The notes under the pieces are model-generated. The model was not told the DNA's origin and did not search any database. It worked only from the letters and a program-made list of their open reading frames with translations. A program made the translations under genes and the position numbers. A stretch of DNA of 64,000 nt from Fibrobacteria bacterium (GTDB lineage Bacteria; Fibrobacterota; Fibrobacteria; UBA11236; JADFYW01): contig JBNKOC010000023.1 of the NCBI GenBank assembly GCA_050294405.1, positions 16,547 through 80,546 of the forward strand. Direction: 5' to 3'. The first letter of the stretch is position 1. Each line of letters begins with the position of its first letter. Of the stretch, positions 47,856 through 56,963 are shown piece after piece.

Positions 47856-48659
47856 TTAATAAAAAAGATTCTCCATTTCCTTAATGACCGGGTCTGCGGA
47901 TTCCAAAACAGATTCGCTGGTAAAAATCATAGCGCCGTAAAAAACCACACCCAAAAATAAAATCAGGGCTCCCAATATCAGCCATTTTTTTCCACCACCT
48001 TCTGATGGCTTTTGGCCAGGAGCTACATTGGCGGAAGGGGACCATACCCGACTGGATTTACCGGTTACCGATTCAATTCTTTTTAATAAATTTTCAATTA
48101 TTGTGGGAAGTTTCTCGGGACCACGGATTTTATAATGGCCCTGAAAGCCCAAGGCCAAACACAAATAATAAATTTCCAATAGTCCGATGTTATCTCTTAA
48201 GTTGGAGAGCAAAGACTCCAACCTTTTAAAAAAGGTTTCTCCGGCAACAGGGTCGTTAAAATACTGGACTGTTAGAGATTGACCGGACCAGTATTGGTTT
48301 AAGTCCCCTCCTTTTTCCAAAATCAGTTCATCCAAATAGGCCGCAAGGGCGAACTGAGCTGCTTGAATGACCTTGGGAGGATAGCCATTTTTTTGGCAAA
48401 GCTCTTCAAAATTTGAAAAATAGGAATGGCATAATTTCTGAAGGCTTTCGGGACGACCAACATCCGAAGATTCTTTAATTTTGACTCCAATTAACAATAA
48501 GTCAGAAGCCAGCTCTTTGAGTTCCACTTGGGAACTTGGCTTTTTAGGGGCTTGAACCATGGTTTGGTTTTTGGTTTGCCCAAACATGGTTTGCACCGCG
48601 CCTCCAGACCAATTGGCTCTAAGTGGCTGTCCTATGGTACGTCTTTCGCCAGGTTGCAT
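47856..48659 (-). CDS. tssL: Type VI secretion protein TssL/DotU
   Basis: AAQFALAAYLDELIL, W...SL...F....AGETFF and LEIYYLCLALGFQGHY, with a C-terminal TM. No OmpA domain. Confidence 0.92.
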   Translation of the reverse strand: MQPGERRTIGQPLRANWSGGAVQTMFGQTKNQTMVQAPKKPSSQVELKELASDLLLIGVKIKESSDVGRPESLQKLCHSYFSNFEELCQKNGYPPKVIQAAQFALAAYLDELILEKGGDLNQYWSGQSLTVQYFNDPVAGETFFKRLESLLSNLRDNIGLLEIYYLCLALGFQGHYKIRGPEKLPTIIENLLKRIESVTGKSSRVWSPSANVAPGQKPSEGGGKKWLILGALILFLGVVFYGAMIFTSESVLESADPVIKEMENLFY

Positions 48660-48660
48660 A

Positions 48661-49998
48661 CTATAAAGATATCAGTTCCATTCGTTGACCGGGCAGAGAT
48701 GTGGGTAAATTTAGCGCCAGAGCTTTGGATTGCATAACTCCTTGCCACATATCCCCTTCTTGAAGCAGTTTAAAATACTTGTATCCGGCCTTAGTTGGCA
48801 TTGATGCCGGTGGCTGAGATTCGGGAATAAGGCCAATGCCTCCGGTAGCTGCCCTCACCAACTGATCGATTTTTCCAGGAGGCCCCAGCTTGGCATTCCT
48901 TTGCATGTGATTGATAATTTCAACTTCGGAAGCCTGAGCGCTAACACCTAGATACAATTGCTGCCCGGCAAAATCAGATATTTCCTTTAAATTGGCCAGT
49001 GACTGAACAGGGCTGGTTTTGGTAAGAGGAATAATTTGGAAATGGGACTGAACGGATACATCCAGAATTTTTAGTAACATTTGGAATAAGGATACAAACC
49101 CGTTGCCCGGTTCATTATGGCTATAGGCCGTTAATTCTATCTGGTTGTTTAATTCTCCAAAAGCCAACAACGAGCCGTAAAATTCCGCCAATTTCAAATA
49201 CAATTCTTCGGGGTGGCAATGGCCGTGCATATATAGGTGTTTTAAATAAGGTAAAAACTGATTCAAGGAAGACAACATAAGATAGCTATGTAATGACTCT
49301 GAAGTAAACTGAGCCACTCCCGTTGCCTTATGGGTGCGTTGGGACATTAAAAATTTCCCCTTGGTGGTCACGGTATCAATCAATCGCTTCAACTGAGTCA
49401 TCAGCGCATGGGAAGCGCCAATTTGCAATAAAGGCGGTATAAAAAGAGAATTCAATTCAATTTTTCCGGCGGAATCGCGGATAAGCTCTGCAATTTTTAA
49501 AACCTGATGGCCGTCGGTATTTTCTCCTTCAAAAAACACTTTGAGCTGCATAATGCCAATTTCAACCGGGCGCGGATTTTGACCATTGTTTAAATCAAAG
49601 CTTTCTTCAGGTTTGGATACAAAGCGGGGAACATCTCCCTCCCGGGCAAAATCCTGCAAGTTTACTCCACGAGGTTCCAGTTCGGCAGTCGCCAAATACA
49701 CATCCAGTTTATCCATATTTGCAGAAAAAAGAGAATCAAAGGAGCGCGAACTCATTTGCGGGTCAGAGTGAGGAAAATTAAAAGCAGTGCCATCGGGAAA
49801 AACTCCCGCTACTTCCTTAATGGAAAAAATACCTGTTCCCAAACTGCTATCATCAATGGAAATTTTTTGAAAACCAAAGGAAAAAGGAGTGTACAGTTTC
49901 CAGCGAAAGGCGGTCTCTTCATCGGAAAGGCGCTGGGATTGCTGAAAATGGTGAGGTGAAAGGGCCATCCCTTCGCGCCAGATAACTTTTTTTCCCAT
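48661..49998 (-). CDS. tssK: Type VI secretion baseplate connector TssK
   Basis: KVIWREGMALSPHHFQQ, GVFPDGT, FIPPLL, HPEELYL.L and Y.H. Confidence 0.92.
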   Translation of the reverse strand: MGKKVIWREGMALSPHHFQQSQRLSDEETAFRWKLYTPFSFGFQKISIDDSSLGTGIFSIKEVAGVFPDGTAFNFPHSDPQMSSRSFDSLFSANMDKLDVYLATAELEPRGVNLQDFAREGDVPRFVSKPEESFDLNNGQNPRPVEIGIMQLKVFFEGENTDGHQVLKIAELIRDSAGKIELNSLFIPPLLQIGASHALMTQLKRLIDTVTTKGKFLMSQRTHKATGVAQFTSESLHSYLMLSSLNQFLPYLKHLYMHGHCHPEELYLKLAEFYGSLLAFGELNNQIELTAYSHNEPGNGFVSLFQMLLKILDVSVQSHFQIIPLTKTSPVQSLANLKEISDFAGQQLYLGVSAQASEVEIINHMQRNAKLGPPGKIDQLVRAATGGIGLIPESQPPASMPTKAGYKYFKLLQEGDMWQGVMQSKALALNLPTSLPGQRMELISL

Positions 49999-50140
49999 TC
50001 GGCAATGCTCCCGTTTTTATAAAAATTGCAGAAACCAGGTTTGGTAACCAAGCATGAGGGCTTAAATCTAGGAAAATTTAGGCGTTAAGGTAAGTGTTAG
50101 CCGTTGGACAATTCAAAAATTACTTCTAAATTGGACCATT

Positions 50141-51496
50141 ATGGGAATATCGCCTCTTTTTACCCGCATTCTTTCGTGCTGCCTACTACTAATAGCAATT
50201 ACAACTCTATCCGGCTTTGCAGATATGGGTAGGATTACCGTTAGTACGGATCCCGAGGGCGCAGATGCCTGGCTGATTAAGCAGGGAGAAACAGAAAGAA
50301 TTTACTTGGGAAAAACCCCAGTTAAATACATGGAAGTTGAAGAGGGCATTTACAAACTTGAAATGGAATTGGATGATTATGAGGCCATCATAATCGAGGA
50401 AATGGCTGTATTCCCAGGGCGGCATAAGGAAATAAATAAAAAGTTGTCTTATAACTACGCTTATTTAAGAGTGGAATCCAGCCCTGAAAGCTCCACCGTA
50501 TTTATGGACGATACTCGCATAGGACAAACCCCTTATACCCATTCCCTGGTTCTACCAGGAACTTACACCTTAAAACTTTTTTCCAGAGATTCTTTAGTGA
50601 GGCCAAGTAAGCGAACTATTACTTTAAACAAACGCGATTCCATGGTTGTTAAAAAGCAGCACCACTATCGCAATAAATCTTTTGGGCGAGAGCATCTTTC
50701 CCTTCCTCCCTGGACTATCCAGCTGGAAGCGGGTTTTATTAGAATGCGGCACAACGGAGAATACGATAAAACCGGCACAGACCCCAATTGCACGGTTTCA
50801 ATAAGTAATCCCGATTGTAAAGATCCTGACAGCCTAAGTCAAAACCGGAATTTCTCTTCGGATTCTGTTAAAACTCGGATTACTGTTCCCCTTATTTTAC
50901 GACTCGCTATTCCCAATGATATTGAATTCCATTTGCATTTGCCCTTTTCTCAATATAGCCCACTTCTAAACGAAAGCGGTCCCTTCGGTCCTGCGGATTT
51001 GGAAATGGGTATGAAGTACACTTTAAGAAAATTTAATGTGGGCTTTGACGCTACTTACAAATTTGACAACGGAAATTTTAGCGATTTAAATGGAACAGGC
51101 TATAAAGCCTTGCGCTTATCAGCATTTGGAATGATGGCTAAAGATGGATTCCAGGGCTTTGGAAATCTGGGATATGAATTTCGTTTTTCCCAAAAAGGAA
51201 CTCCCGAATTGGATATTGGAGATAAAATTTTCGCATACGGGCAAGTGGGCTATTTGATGCATCCCTGGACCCCTTATCTTGCAGCCAGTGGGGAGTATTA
51301 TTTTTCAGATGTATTAAACGGCAATGAGCAGTTGGAAAACGACGGCTATCTTTTGTTTCCAGAAGTTGGAGTTATCATTGAACCCAGCGAAAATTTTGCC
51401 CTGCAAGCGGGAATCCCCTTTACCATTGTTGGAAAAAATACCCTAAAGCATTGGGCCTTTCATTTTTCCATTGCTTATAATTTCGGGGTATATTAA
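50141..51496 (+). CDS. Secreted protein with two PEGA domains and a C-terminal probable outer-membrane beta-barrel
   Basis: Signal peptide. PEGA motifs ITVSTDPEGA..LGKTP and LRVESSPESSTVFMDDTRIGQTP. Alternating beta-strand C-terminus (GPADLEMGMKY...FHFSIAYNFGVY). Confidence 0.75.
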   Translation: MGISPLFTRILSCCLLLIAITTLSGFADMGRITVSTDPEGADAWLIKQGETERIYLGKTPVKYMEVEEGIYKLEMELDDYEAIIIEEMAVFPGRHKEINKKLSYNYAYLRVESSPESSTVFMDDTRIGQTPYTHSLVLPGTYTLKLFSRDSLVRPSKRTITLNKRDSMVVKKQHHYRNKSFGREHLSLPPWTIQLEAGFIRMRHNGEYDKTGTDPNCTVSISNPDCKDPDSLSQNRNFSSDSVKTRITVPLILRLAIPNDIEFHLHLPFSQYSPLLNESGPFGPADLEMGMKYTLRKFNVGFDATYKFDNGNFSDLNGTGYKALRLSAFGMMAKDGFQGFGNLGYEFRFSQKGTPELDIGDKIFAYGQVGYLMHPWTPYLAASGEYYFSDVLNGNEQLENDGYLLFPEVGVIIEPSENFALQAGIPFTIVGKNTLKHWAFHFSIAYNFGVY

Positions 51497-51505
51497 GCCC
51501 CACAA

Positions 51506-52993
51506 TTAAAAGCCAAATTCGGATCGGTCTTGATCTATTAACATAGTGGCCACAATTTTAGGAACATATTCATTTGTTTCTTTGGCCAAAGTTCCCGAGC
51601 GATATATGTACCAAAAGTCCCGGTTGTTAATGGGATCCTCTATTTTGCGCAATTCCCGGCTAATTCTACCCTCGCCGGCGTTATAAGCCGCCATAGCCAG
51701 GGGAACTGTGCCGAATTGCCCTAACAGTACTTTTAAATATTTAATGGCCGCCCTTGTGGACTTTAAAGGATCTGTTCTTTCATCGGAGGAAGGCGGGGCT
51801 GTTTTCCAATCTGCGGGAACCCTAAGCCCGTAGTCTCTACCTGTGCGGGGCATAAATTGCCAAAGCCCTCTGGCTCCTGCGTGGCTTACAATGGTGGAAT
51901 CCAGCGAACTTTCGTGCATAGCCAAGTACAAAAAAGCACTGGGCAAATTAGCCCTATCCAATTCTCTTAAAATCAAATCTCCGTGGTAACGTTTGTTTTC
52001 CAAGGCATTTCGAATAAACTTTCCTCGATGTTTCCAACTTACCAAATATTTTTTTACGGACTGAATAAAAATATCGGGCACAATATAATCGTGCTCACCA
52101 AAACTCTCCATGGCCTTGTGGATTCGAATTCCCAAGGGGTCTTTGTACATACGGGCTAAATCCTTTGAGGCTATTTTTCCTCTCAAGCGGGAAAGCAAAC
52201 GTTCTTGAGCCCTCAGTTTGGCCACCAGTTCCAGCTTTTCAGATTCATCTAAATGGGGATTTTCCACTTCGCTGTCTAACTGAGAGTTGAGTTCGCTAAT
52301 ATTTTCCAGCAAACGCTTTTGCTCTTTTAATTTTCCCCGGTAGCCCATATTTTGCACCAGCAAAATGGCCACTACCACCAAGGCCGTTACGGATATGGAG
52401 CTTATAATGTATAGAGATTTTTTCCGGCTCCGGCTAAAAGCGGCCTGAGCATTATTAATCATTTTCAAATCTCTGTCGGCAATCAAGCCACTGTGCTCCA
52501 TGCGCTTTAAGCGATTTTGATCTTTAATCAGGGATTCCATATCCCTGGTATCCATGGAGCCTTCCTGAAATTTTTGGGCCAGATTTAAAGTGAAGTTGCC
52601 TGCGTTTTGCCCAGGATACAGGCTTTGCTGCGGAGGGCTCTGCTGGGTTTTATCAAAACTGGGCAGAGTAATTTCGCTGGTAATGTCTTTTTCGGAATGG
52701 CTGATAACCCTGAGTTTAGGGCCATTTAACCCAAGGCTTATAATGTCATTGTGCTGGATAAAACATTTGTCTACCCTTTCGCCATTTACATAAGTGCCGT
52801 TGGTGCTGTTGTTGTCGGTAATTTGCAGCTTGGAGTTCACATCCTCCACAATGGCGTGTTGCCCGGAAACCATTCCCCCATCTATTCCCGAAAAGCAAAT
52901 ATCATTTCCAGGAGCCCGTCCCATTTTAACCACAGGACTAACTCTTTTTTTCTGGCCGGACATCCCTCCGGAGATTATTTGTAAGGAAAACAT
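51506..52993 (-). CDS. FHA domain - TM - coiled coil - lytic transglycosylase (MltD/SLT-like) fusion
   Basis: FHA motifs MGR, VSGQHA and NSTNGTYVNG. TM LYIISSISVTALVVVAILLV. SLT motifs LAMHESS, AGARGLWQFMP, AMAAYNAGEG and ETNEYVPKI. Confidence 0.88.
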   Translation of the reverse strand: MFSLQIISGGMSGQKKRVSPVVKMGRAPGNDICFSGIDGGMVSGQHAIVEDVNSKLQITDNNSTNGTYVNGERVDKCFIQHNDIISLGLNGPKLRVISHSEKDITSEITLPSFDKTQQSPPQQSLYPGQNAGNFTLNLAQKFQEGSMDTRDMESLIKDQNRLKRMEHSGLIADRDLKMINNAQAAFSRSRKKSLYIISSISVTALVVVAILLVQNMGYRGKLKEQKRLLENISELNSQLDSEVENPHLDESEKLELVAKLRAQERLLSRLRGKIASKDLARMYKDPLGIRIHKAMESFGEHDYIVPDIFIQSVKKYLVSWKHRGKFIRNALENKRYHGDLILRELDRANLPSAFLYLAMHESSLDSTIVSHAGARGLWQFMPRTGRDYGLRVPADWKTAPPSSDERTDPLKSTRAAIKYLKVLLGQFGTVPLAMAAYNAGEGRISRELRKIEDPINNRDFWYIYRSGTLAKETNEYVPKIVATMLIDQDRSEFGF

Positions 52994-53109
52994 CTGCTAA
53001 TTAATAGCTTTTGGCTTTAGAGGATTGCAAATAAAATTTCTATTATGCATATGGATTTATTTTTTGTGATTCTAAATTTATATGAAAAAGTAGAATTTTC
53101 CAGATTTTA

Positions 53110-54903
53110 ATGGGCATGCAATACGGCAGATATAAAATACTTTCCCAATTGGGCCAGGGCGGCATGGCCGCTGTTTATCTTGCCGAAGATCCCGCTTTGA
53201 ACCGACTGGTGGCCATTAAGGTTATCCAATCCCATTTATCTTCAGACTCAGGCTTACTTCAACGTTTTTCTGCAGAAGCTAAAACCATTGCGGCCATTCG
53301 CCACGCCAACATTGTGGAAATTTTCGACTTTGGAGTGCAAAATGGTCAACAGTACATTGTCATGGAGTATATGGATGGCCAAACCATGCAGGTGATTTGC
53401 TCCTTGCATCAAGGAAAACCTCTTCCCGAAGAGATCACCGCTGTTATGATTTGCCAGGCCGCAGAAGGACTCATTGCTGCCGAAAAAAAAGGGGTCATTC
53501 ACCGGGATATCAAACCCGAAAATTTAATGATAAATTCCGAAGGCTACTTAAAAATTGCTGATTTTGGAATTGCCCACCTGTCCAACGAACAGAGCTTAAC
53601 GGCAACGGGAGCTGTTTTGGGTTCTCCCAATTTTATGTCTCCAGAACAAGTTGAAGGAAACAAACCCAGCCACCAAACAGACATGTGGGCCCTTGGGGGC
53701 ATCCTTTACTATTCCCTGACGGGCAAACTCCCATTTACAGGCCCCACCATTACGTCCACTCTCAGAAATATTTGCGACCACAGTCCAGAACCCATTTCTA
53801 CTCTAAATTTAAATTGTTCCCCGGAACTTATCTTCCTGGCAGAAACTCTTTTGCAAAAAGAACCGGAAAACCGAGGGGAGGGAGCTCGTTGGGTAGCGTC
53901 CGAATTGCGAAAGTTTTTAACAGTGCGCGGAATTACTGATTTACAGGAAACCACCAAAAGCTTTGTGGGAGAAATGAATGTACCTCAAAGCAACACCATA
54001 ATGGAAATGACTCCCCCACCAGGAGCCAGTTCATCTAAAATTCCGCTCACCCCAGGAGCCCGGATAAACTTTGGAGACGCCCAGACAACGCCCTCCACCA
54101 AAGGAGGAACCTGGCAACCAGGCCTAACCCCTTCCAATTCCGGCGTATATAACCCATCAGGAGTTACAACACTGGTGCAGCCAGCTTATAAAAATCCTGT
54201 TTTATGGGTGGGAATATTTATTCTGATTGCCTTGCTGGGAGTGGGCGGCCTCATTTATATGCAAATGCAGGGCAAAGAAAAGGGTAAACCCTCAGGTGGA
54301 ATTCAAAAGGTTATTTTGGAAACCAACCAGCTTAAAATTCCCATTGGCGAATCCAAAATTTTAAACGTTACGATTTTGCCCACAACCGCCGCAGCGGATT
54401 TGGAATGGTCCAGCACCAACGAATCCATTGCCAGCGTTGAAGATGGAAAAATCACCGGAAAAAAATTGGGCACTACAATTATCATTGCCAAGTCGAAAAT
54501 GGACCCTGAAAAAGACGCCATTTGCCGAGTCTCTGTTATTAAAAAACCTGTGGAAGTGGCTAGGCCCGAGCCTGAACCGAAGCCGGTTATCCGAACTCCA
54601 AAATCCGTAAAACAGCCACGTCCGGTGATTCGCAAAGATCCCGAGCCCAAAAAGCCAGACCCGCCCAAAGAAGAGCCCAAACCAGAGCCTCAGGCCGGAA
54701 AAATTAAAATTCTTTCTTCCCCGCCTTTTGCTACCATTCGCGTGAATGGAGTGAGCTGGGGAGAAACTCCCATGAACAGATACCGCGAAGTTCCATCGGG
54801 CAAGGTGCGCATTGAATTGGTTCACAGATTGTATCCTCCTTTGGATACCGCCATCAATTTAAAAGCGGGAAGTGAAAAAAGTTACAAGTTCCGGCTCAAT
54901 TGA
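53110..54903 (+). CDS. Membrane Hanks-type Ser/Thr kinase with extracytoplasmic Ig-like (Big_2) and PEGA domains
   Basis: LGQGGMAAVY, VAIK, HRDIKPEN, IADFG, GSPNFMSPEQ, a TM, WSSTNESIASVEDGKITG, a Pro-rich linker and ILSSPPFATIRVNGVSWGETP. Confidence 0.92.
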   Translation: MGMQYGRYKILSQLGQGGMAAVYLAEDPALNRLVAIKVIQSHLSSDSGLLQRFSAEAKTIAAIRHANIVEIFDFGVQNGQQYIVMEYMDGQTMQVICSLHQGKPLPEEITAVMICQAAEGLIAAEKKGVIHRDIKPENLMINSEGYLKIADFGIAHLSNEQSLTATGAVLGSPNFMSPEQVEGNKPSHQTDMWALGGILYYSLTGKLPFTGPTITSTLRNICDHSPEPISTLNLNCSPELIFLAETLLQKEPENRGEGARWVASELRKFLTVRGITDLQETTKSFVGEMNVPQSNTIMEMTPPPGASSSKIPLTPGARINFGDAQTTPSTKGGTWQPGLTPSNSGVYNPSGVTTLVQPAYKNPVLWVGIFILIALLGVGGLIYMQMQGKEKGKPSGGIQKVILETNQLKIPIGESKILNVTILPTTAAADLEWSSTNESIASVEDGKITGKKLGTTIIIAKSKMDPEKDAICRVSVIKKPVEVARPEPEPKPVIRTPKSVKQPRPVIRKDPEPKKPDPPKEEPKPEPQAGKIKILSSPPFATIRVNGVSWGETPMNRYREVPSGKVRIELVHRLYPPLDTAINLKAGSEKSYKFRLN

Positions 54904-55065
54904 TATCTATTTATAACGCAAAAGTTTTGCATAACATCCATTTCGTTAAGGAAGACATATCTGGAACTTCCATTGACAAGGACATTAGCGAAAAATATTT
55001 TATACTCTCACAATCTACTCATTTGAGCAGTATACCCTTTTTAAACAACGGTTGAGGAGATGTAG

Positions 55066-56925
55066 ATGGCAGCTGCCGCTTATTCTGAAGACAGTATTAA
55101 AACCCTGAACTGGCGCGAGCATATCAGGGTGCGCCCGGGCATGTACATTGGAAAATTAGGCGATGGCAAATCTCCTGATGACGGCATCTATGTGCTTTTT
55201 AAAGAAATCGTCGACAACTCCATTGATGAATTTGTGATGGGCGCGGGCAAGGAAATTGAAATTCGTCTCGAGGGAAAAACCATGTGCATCCGCGACTACG
55301 GTCGGGGTATTCCCCTTGGCAAATTGGTGGATTGCGTGGGCAAAATCAATACTGGCGGCAAATACGACAGCGAAGCCTTTCAGAAATCCGTAGGATTAAA
55401 TGGAATTGGAACTAAGGCCACCAACGCCCTTTCCACAGAATTTATTGCCCAAAGTTTTCGCGACGGAAAAACCAAAATTGCCTCATTTAAAGAGGGCAAA
55501 TTGGTAAAAGAAGAAAAAGAAAAAAAGACAACCGAGCCCAACGGCACATTCATCCAATTCACTCCAGACGAAAATATTTTCCACAACTATCGCTGGATGA
55601 AAGAATATCTGGAAGAAAAAATCTGGATATATGCCTATTTGAATCCGGGCCTGGTGTTGAATTTTAATGGAGAAAAATTTTCTTCGAAAAATGGCCTCTA
55701 TGATTTATTGGAAAAAGAAACGGAAAAAATTGAATACCCCATTATCCATTTCAGGGATAAAGATATTGAAATCGCCATGACCCACGGCAATCAGCCGGGC
55801 GAAGATTATTTTTCCTTTGTAAATGGCCAATACACAGTGGATGGGGGAACCCATTTGGCTGCTTTTAAAGAAGGCGTGTTAAAGGCATGCCGCGAGTTTT
55901 ACAAAAAAGATTACGATCCTCACGATATTCGAGGCTCCATAATTGGCAGCGTGTCTATCCGTATACAAGAACCCATTTTCGAATCTCAAACCAAAACCAA
56001 ATTGGGTTCCACCACCACAGGTCCGAAGGGACATAACATCAAATCCTGGATCATTGATTTTATCGGAAAAAATTTAATCGATCATTTGTATCGCAACAAA
56101 AATGTGGCCGAAGCTCTGTTGACAAAAATCCAGCGCAATGAAAGAGAACGCAAAGATATGGCCGGTATCCGCCGTCTGGCAAATGAGAGGGCTAAAAAAG
56201 CAAACATACACAACAAAAAGTTGCGCGACTGCAAATTCCACTATAATTCCAAGGCGCCTAAAAGAATGGAAACCATGATTTTCATAACAGAAGGCGATTC
56301 TGCTTCAGGTTCCATAACCAAATCCAGGGCGGTGGAAACACAGGCGGTTTTTGGCTTAAAAGGAAAGCCTTTAAACTGTTTTGGCATGAAGAAAAAAGTG
56401 GTTTATGAAAATGAGGAGTTAAATTTATTGCAACATGCCCTTAACATCGAAGAAGGTATTGAGGGGCTTCGTTATAATAAAATTATTATCGCCACCGATG
56501 CTGATGTAGATGGCGCCCACATACGGTTATTGCTACTCACTTTTTTCCTTCAATTTTTCCCGGAAATAATCCGGCATGGCCATGTACATGTGCTACAAAC
56601 GCCTCTTTTCCGCGTTAGGGATAAAAAAGAAACAATATATTGCTATTCTGAGGAAGAAAAACGAAATGCTATTGAGAAGCTCGGAAACAACCCTGAAATC
56701 ACCCGCTTCAAAGGCCTTGGAGAAATCAGCCCCGATGAATTCGCCAACTTTATTGGGGAGGATATGCGTTTAGATCCTGTACTTTTACAATCTCACACTC
56801 AAATTGAAAAATTATTGTCTTACTACATGGGCAAAAACACCCCAGCACGAAGAGAATTTTTAATGGATAATCTGCGCATTGAAGAAGACATCCTGGATAC
56901 CGAGGATGTACTGGAAGCTGCCTGA
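55066..56925 (+). CDS. parE: DNA topoisomerase IV subunit B
   Basis: [44 protein letters not shown] and TRFKGLGEI. Short form without the GyrB insertion. Confidence 0.9.
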   Translation: MAAAAYSEDSIKTLNWREHIRVRPGMYIGKLGDGKSPDDGIYVLFKEIVDNSIDEFVMGAGKEIEIRLEGKTMCIRDYGRGIPLGKLVDCVGKINTGGKYDSEAFQKSVGLNGIGTKATNALSTEFIAQSFRDGKTKIASFKEGKLVKEEKEKKTTEPNGTFIQFTPDENIFHNYRWMKEYLEEKIWIYAYLNPGLVLNFNGEKFSSKNGLYDLLEKETEKIEYPIIHFRDKDIEIAMTHGNQPGEDYFSFVNGQYTVDGGTHLAAFKEGVLKACREFYKKDYDPHDIRGSIIGSVSIRIQEPIFESQTKTKLGSTTTGPKGHNIKSWIIDFIGKNLIDHLYRNKNVAEALLTKIQRNERERKDMAGIRRLANERAKKANIHNKKLRDCKFHYNSKAPKRMETMIFITEGDSASGSITKSRAVETQAVFGLKGKPLNCFGMKKKVVYENEELNLLQHALNIEEGIEGLRYNKIIIATDADVDGAHIRLLLLTFFLQFFPEIIRHGHVHVLQTPLFRVRDKKETIYCYSEEEKRNAIEKLGNNPEITRFKGLGEISPDEFANFIGEDMRLDPVLLQSHTQIEKLLSYYMGKNTPARREFLMDNLRIEEDILDTEDVLEAA

Positions 56926-56963
56926 TTATGCCTCAAGATTTTAATGGAAAGAATTAACAAAAC

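Noticed and set aside
44226..54903. Recent horizontally acquired island or prophage
   Set aside because: No integrase, flanking tRNA, att-like repeats or obvious compositional shift by eye. Composition was not computed.
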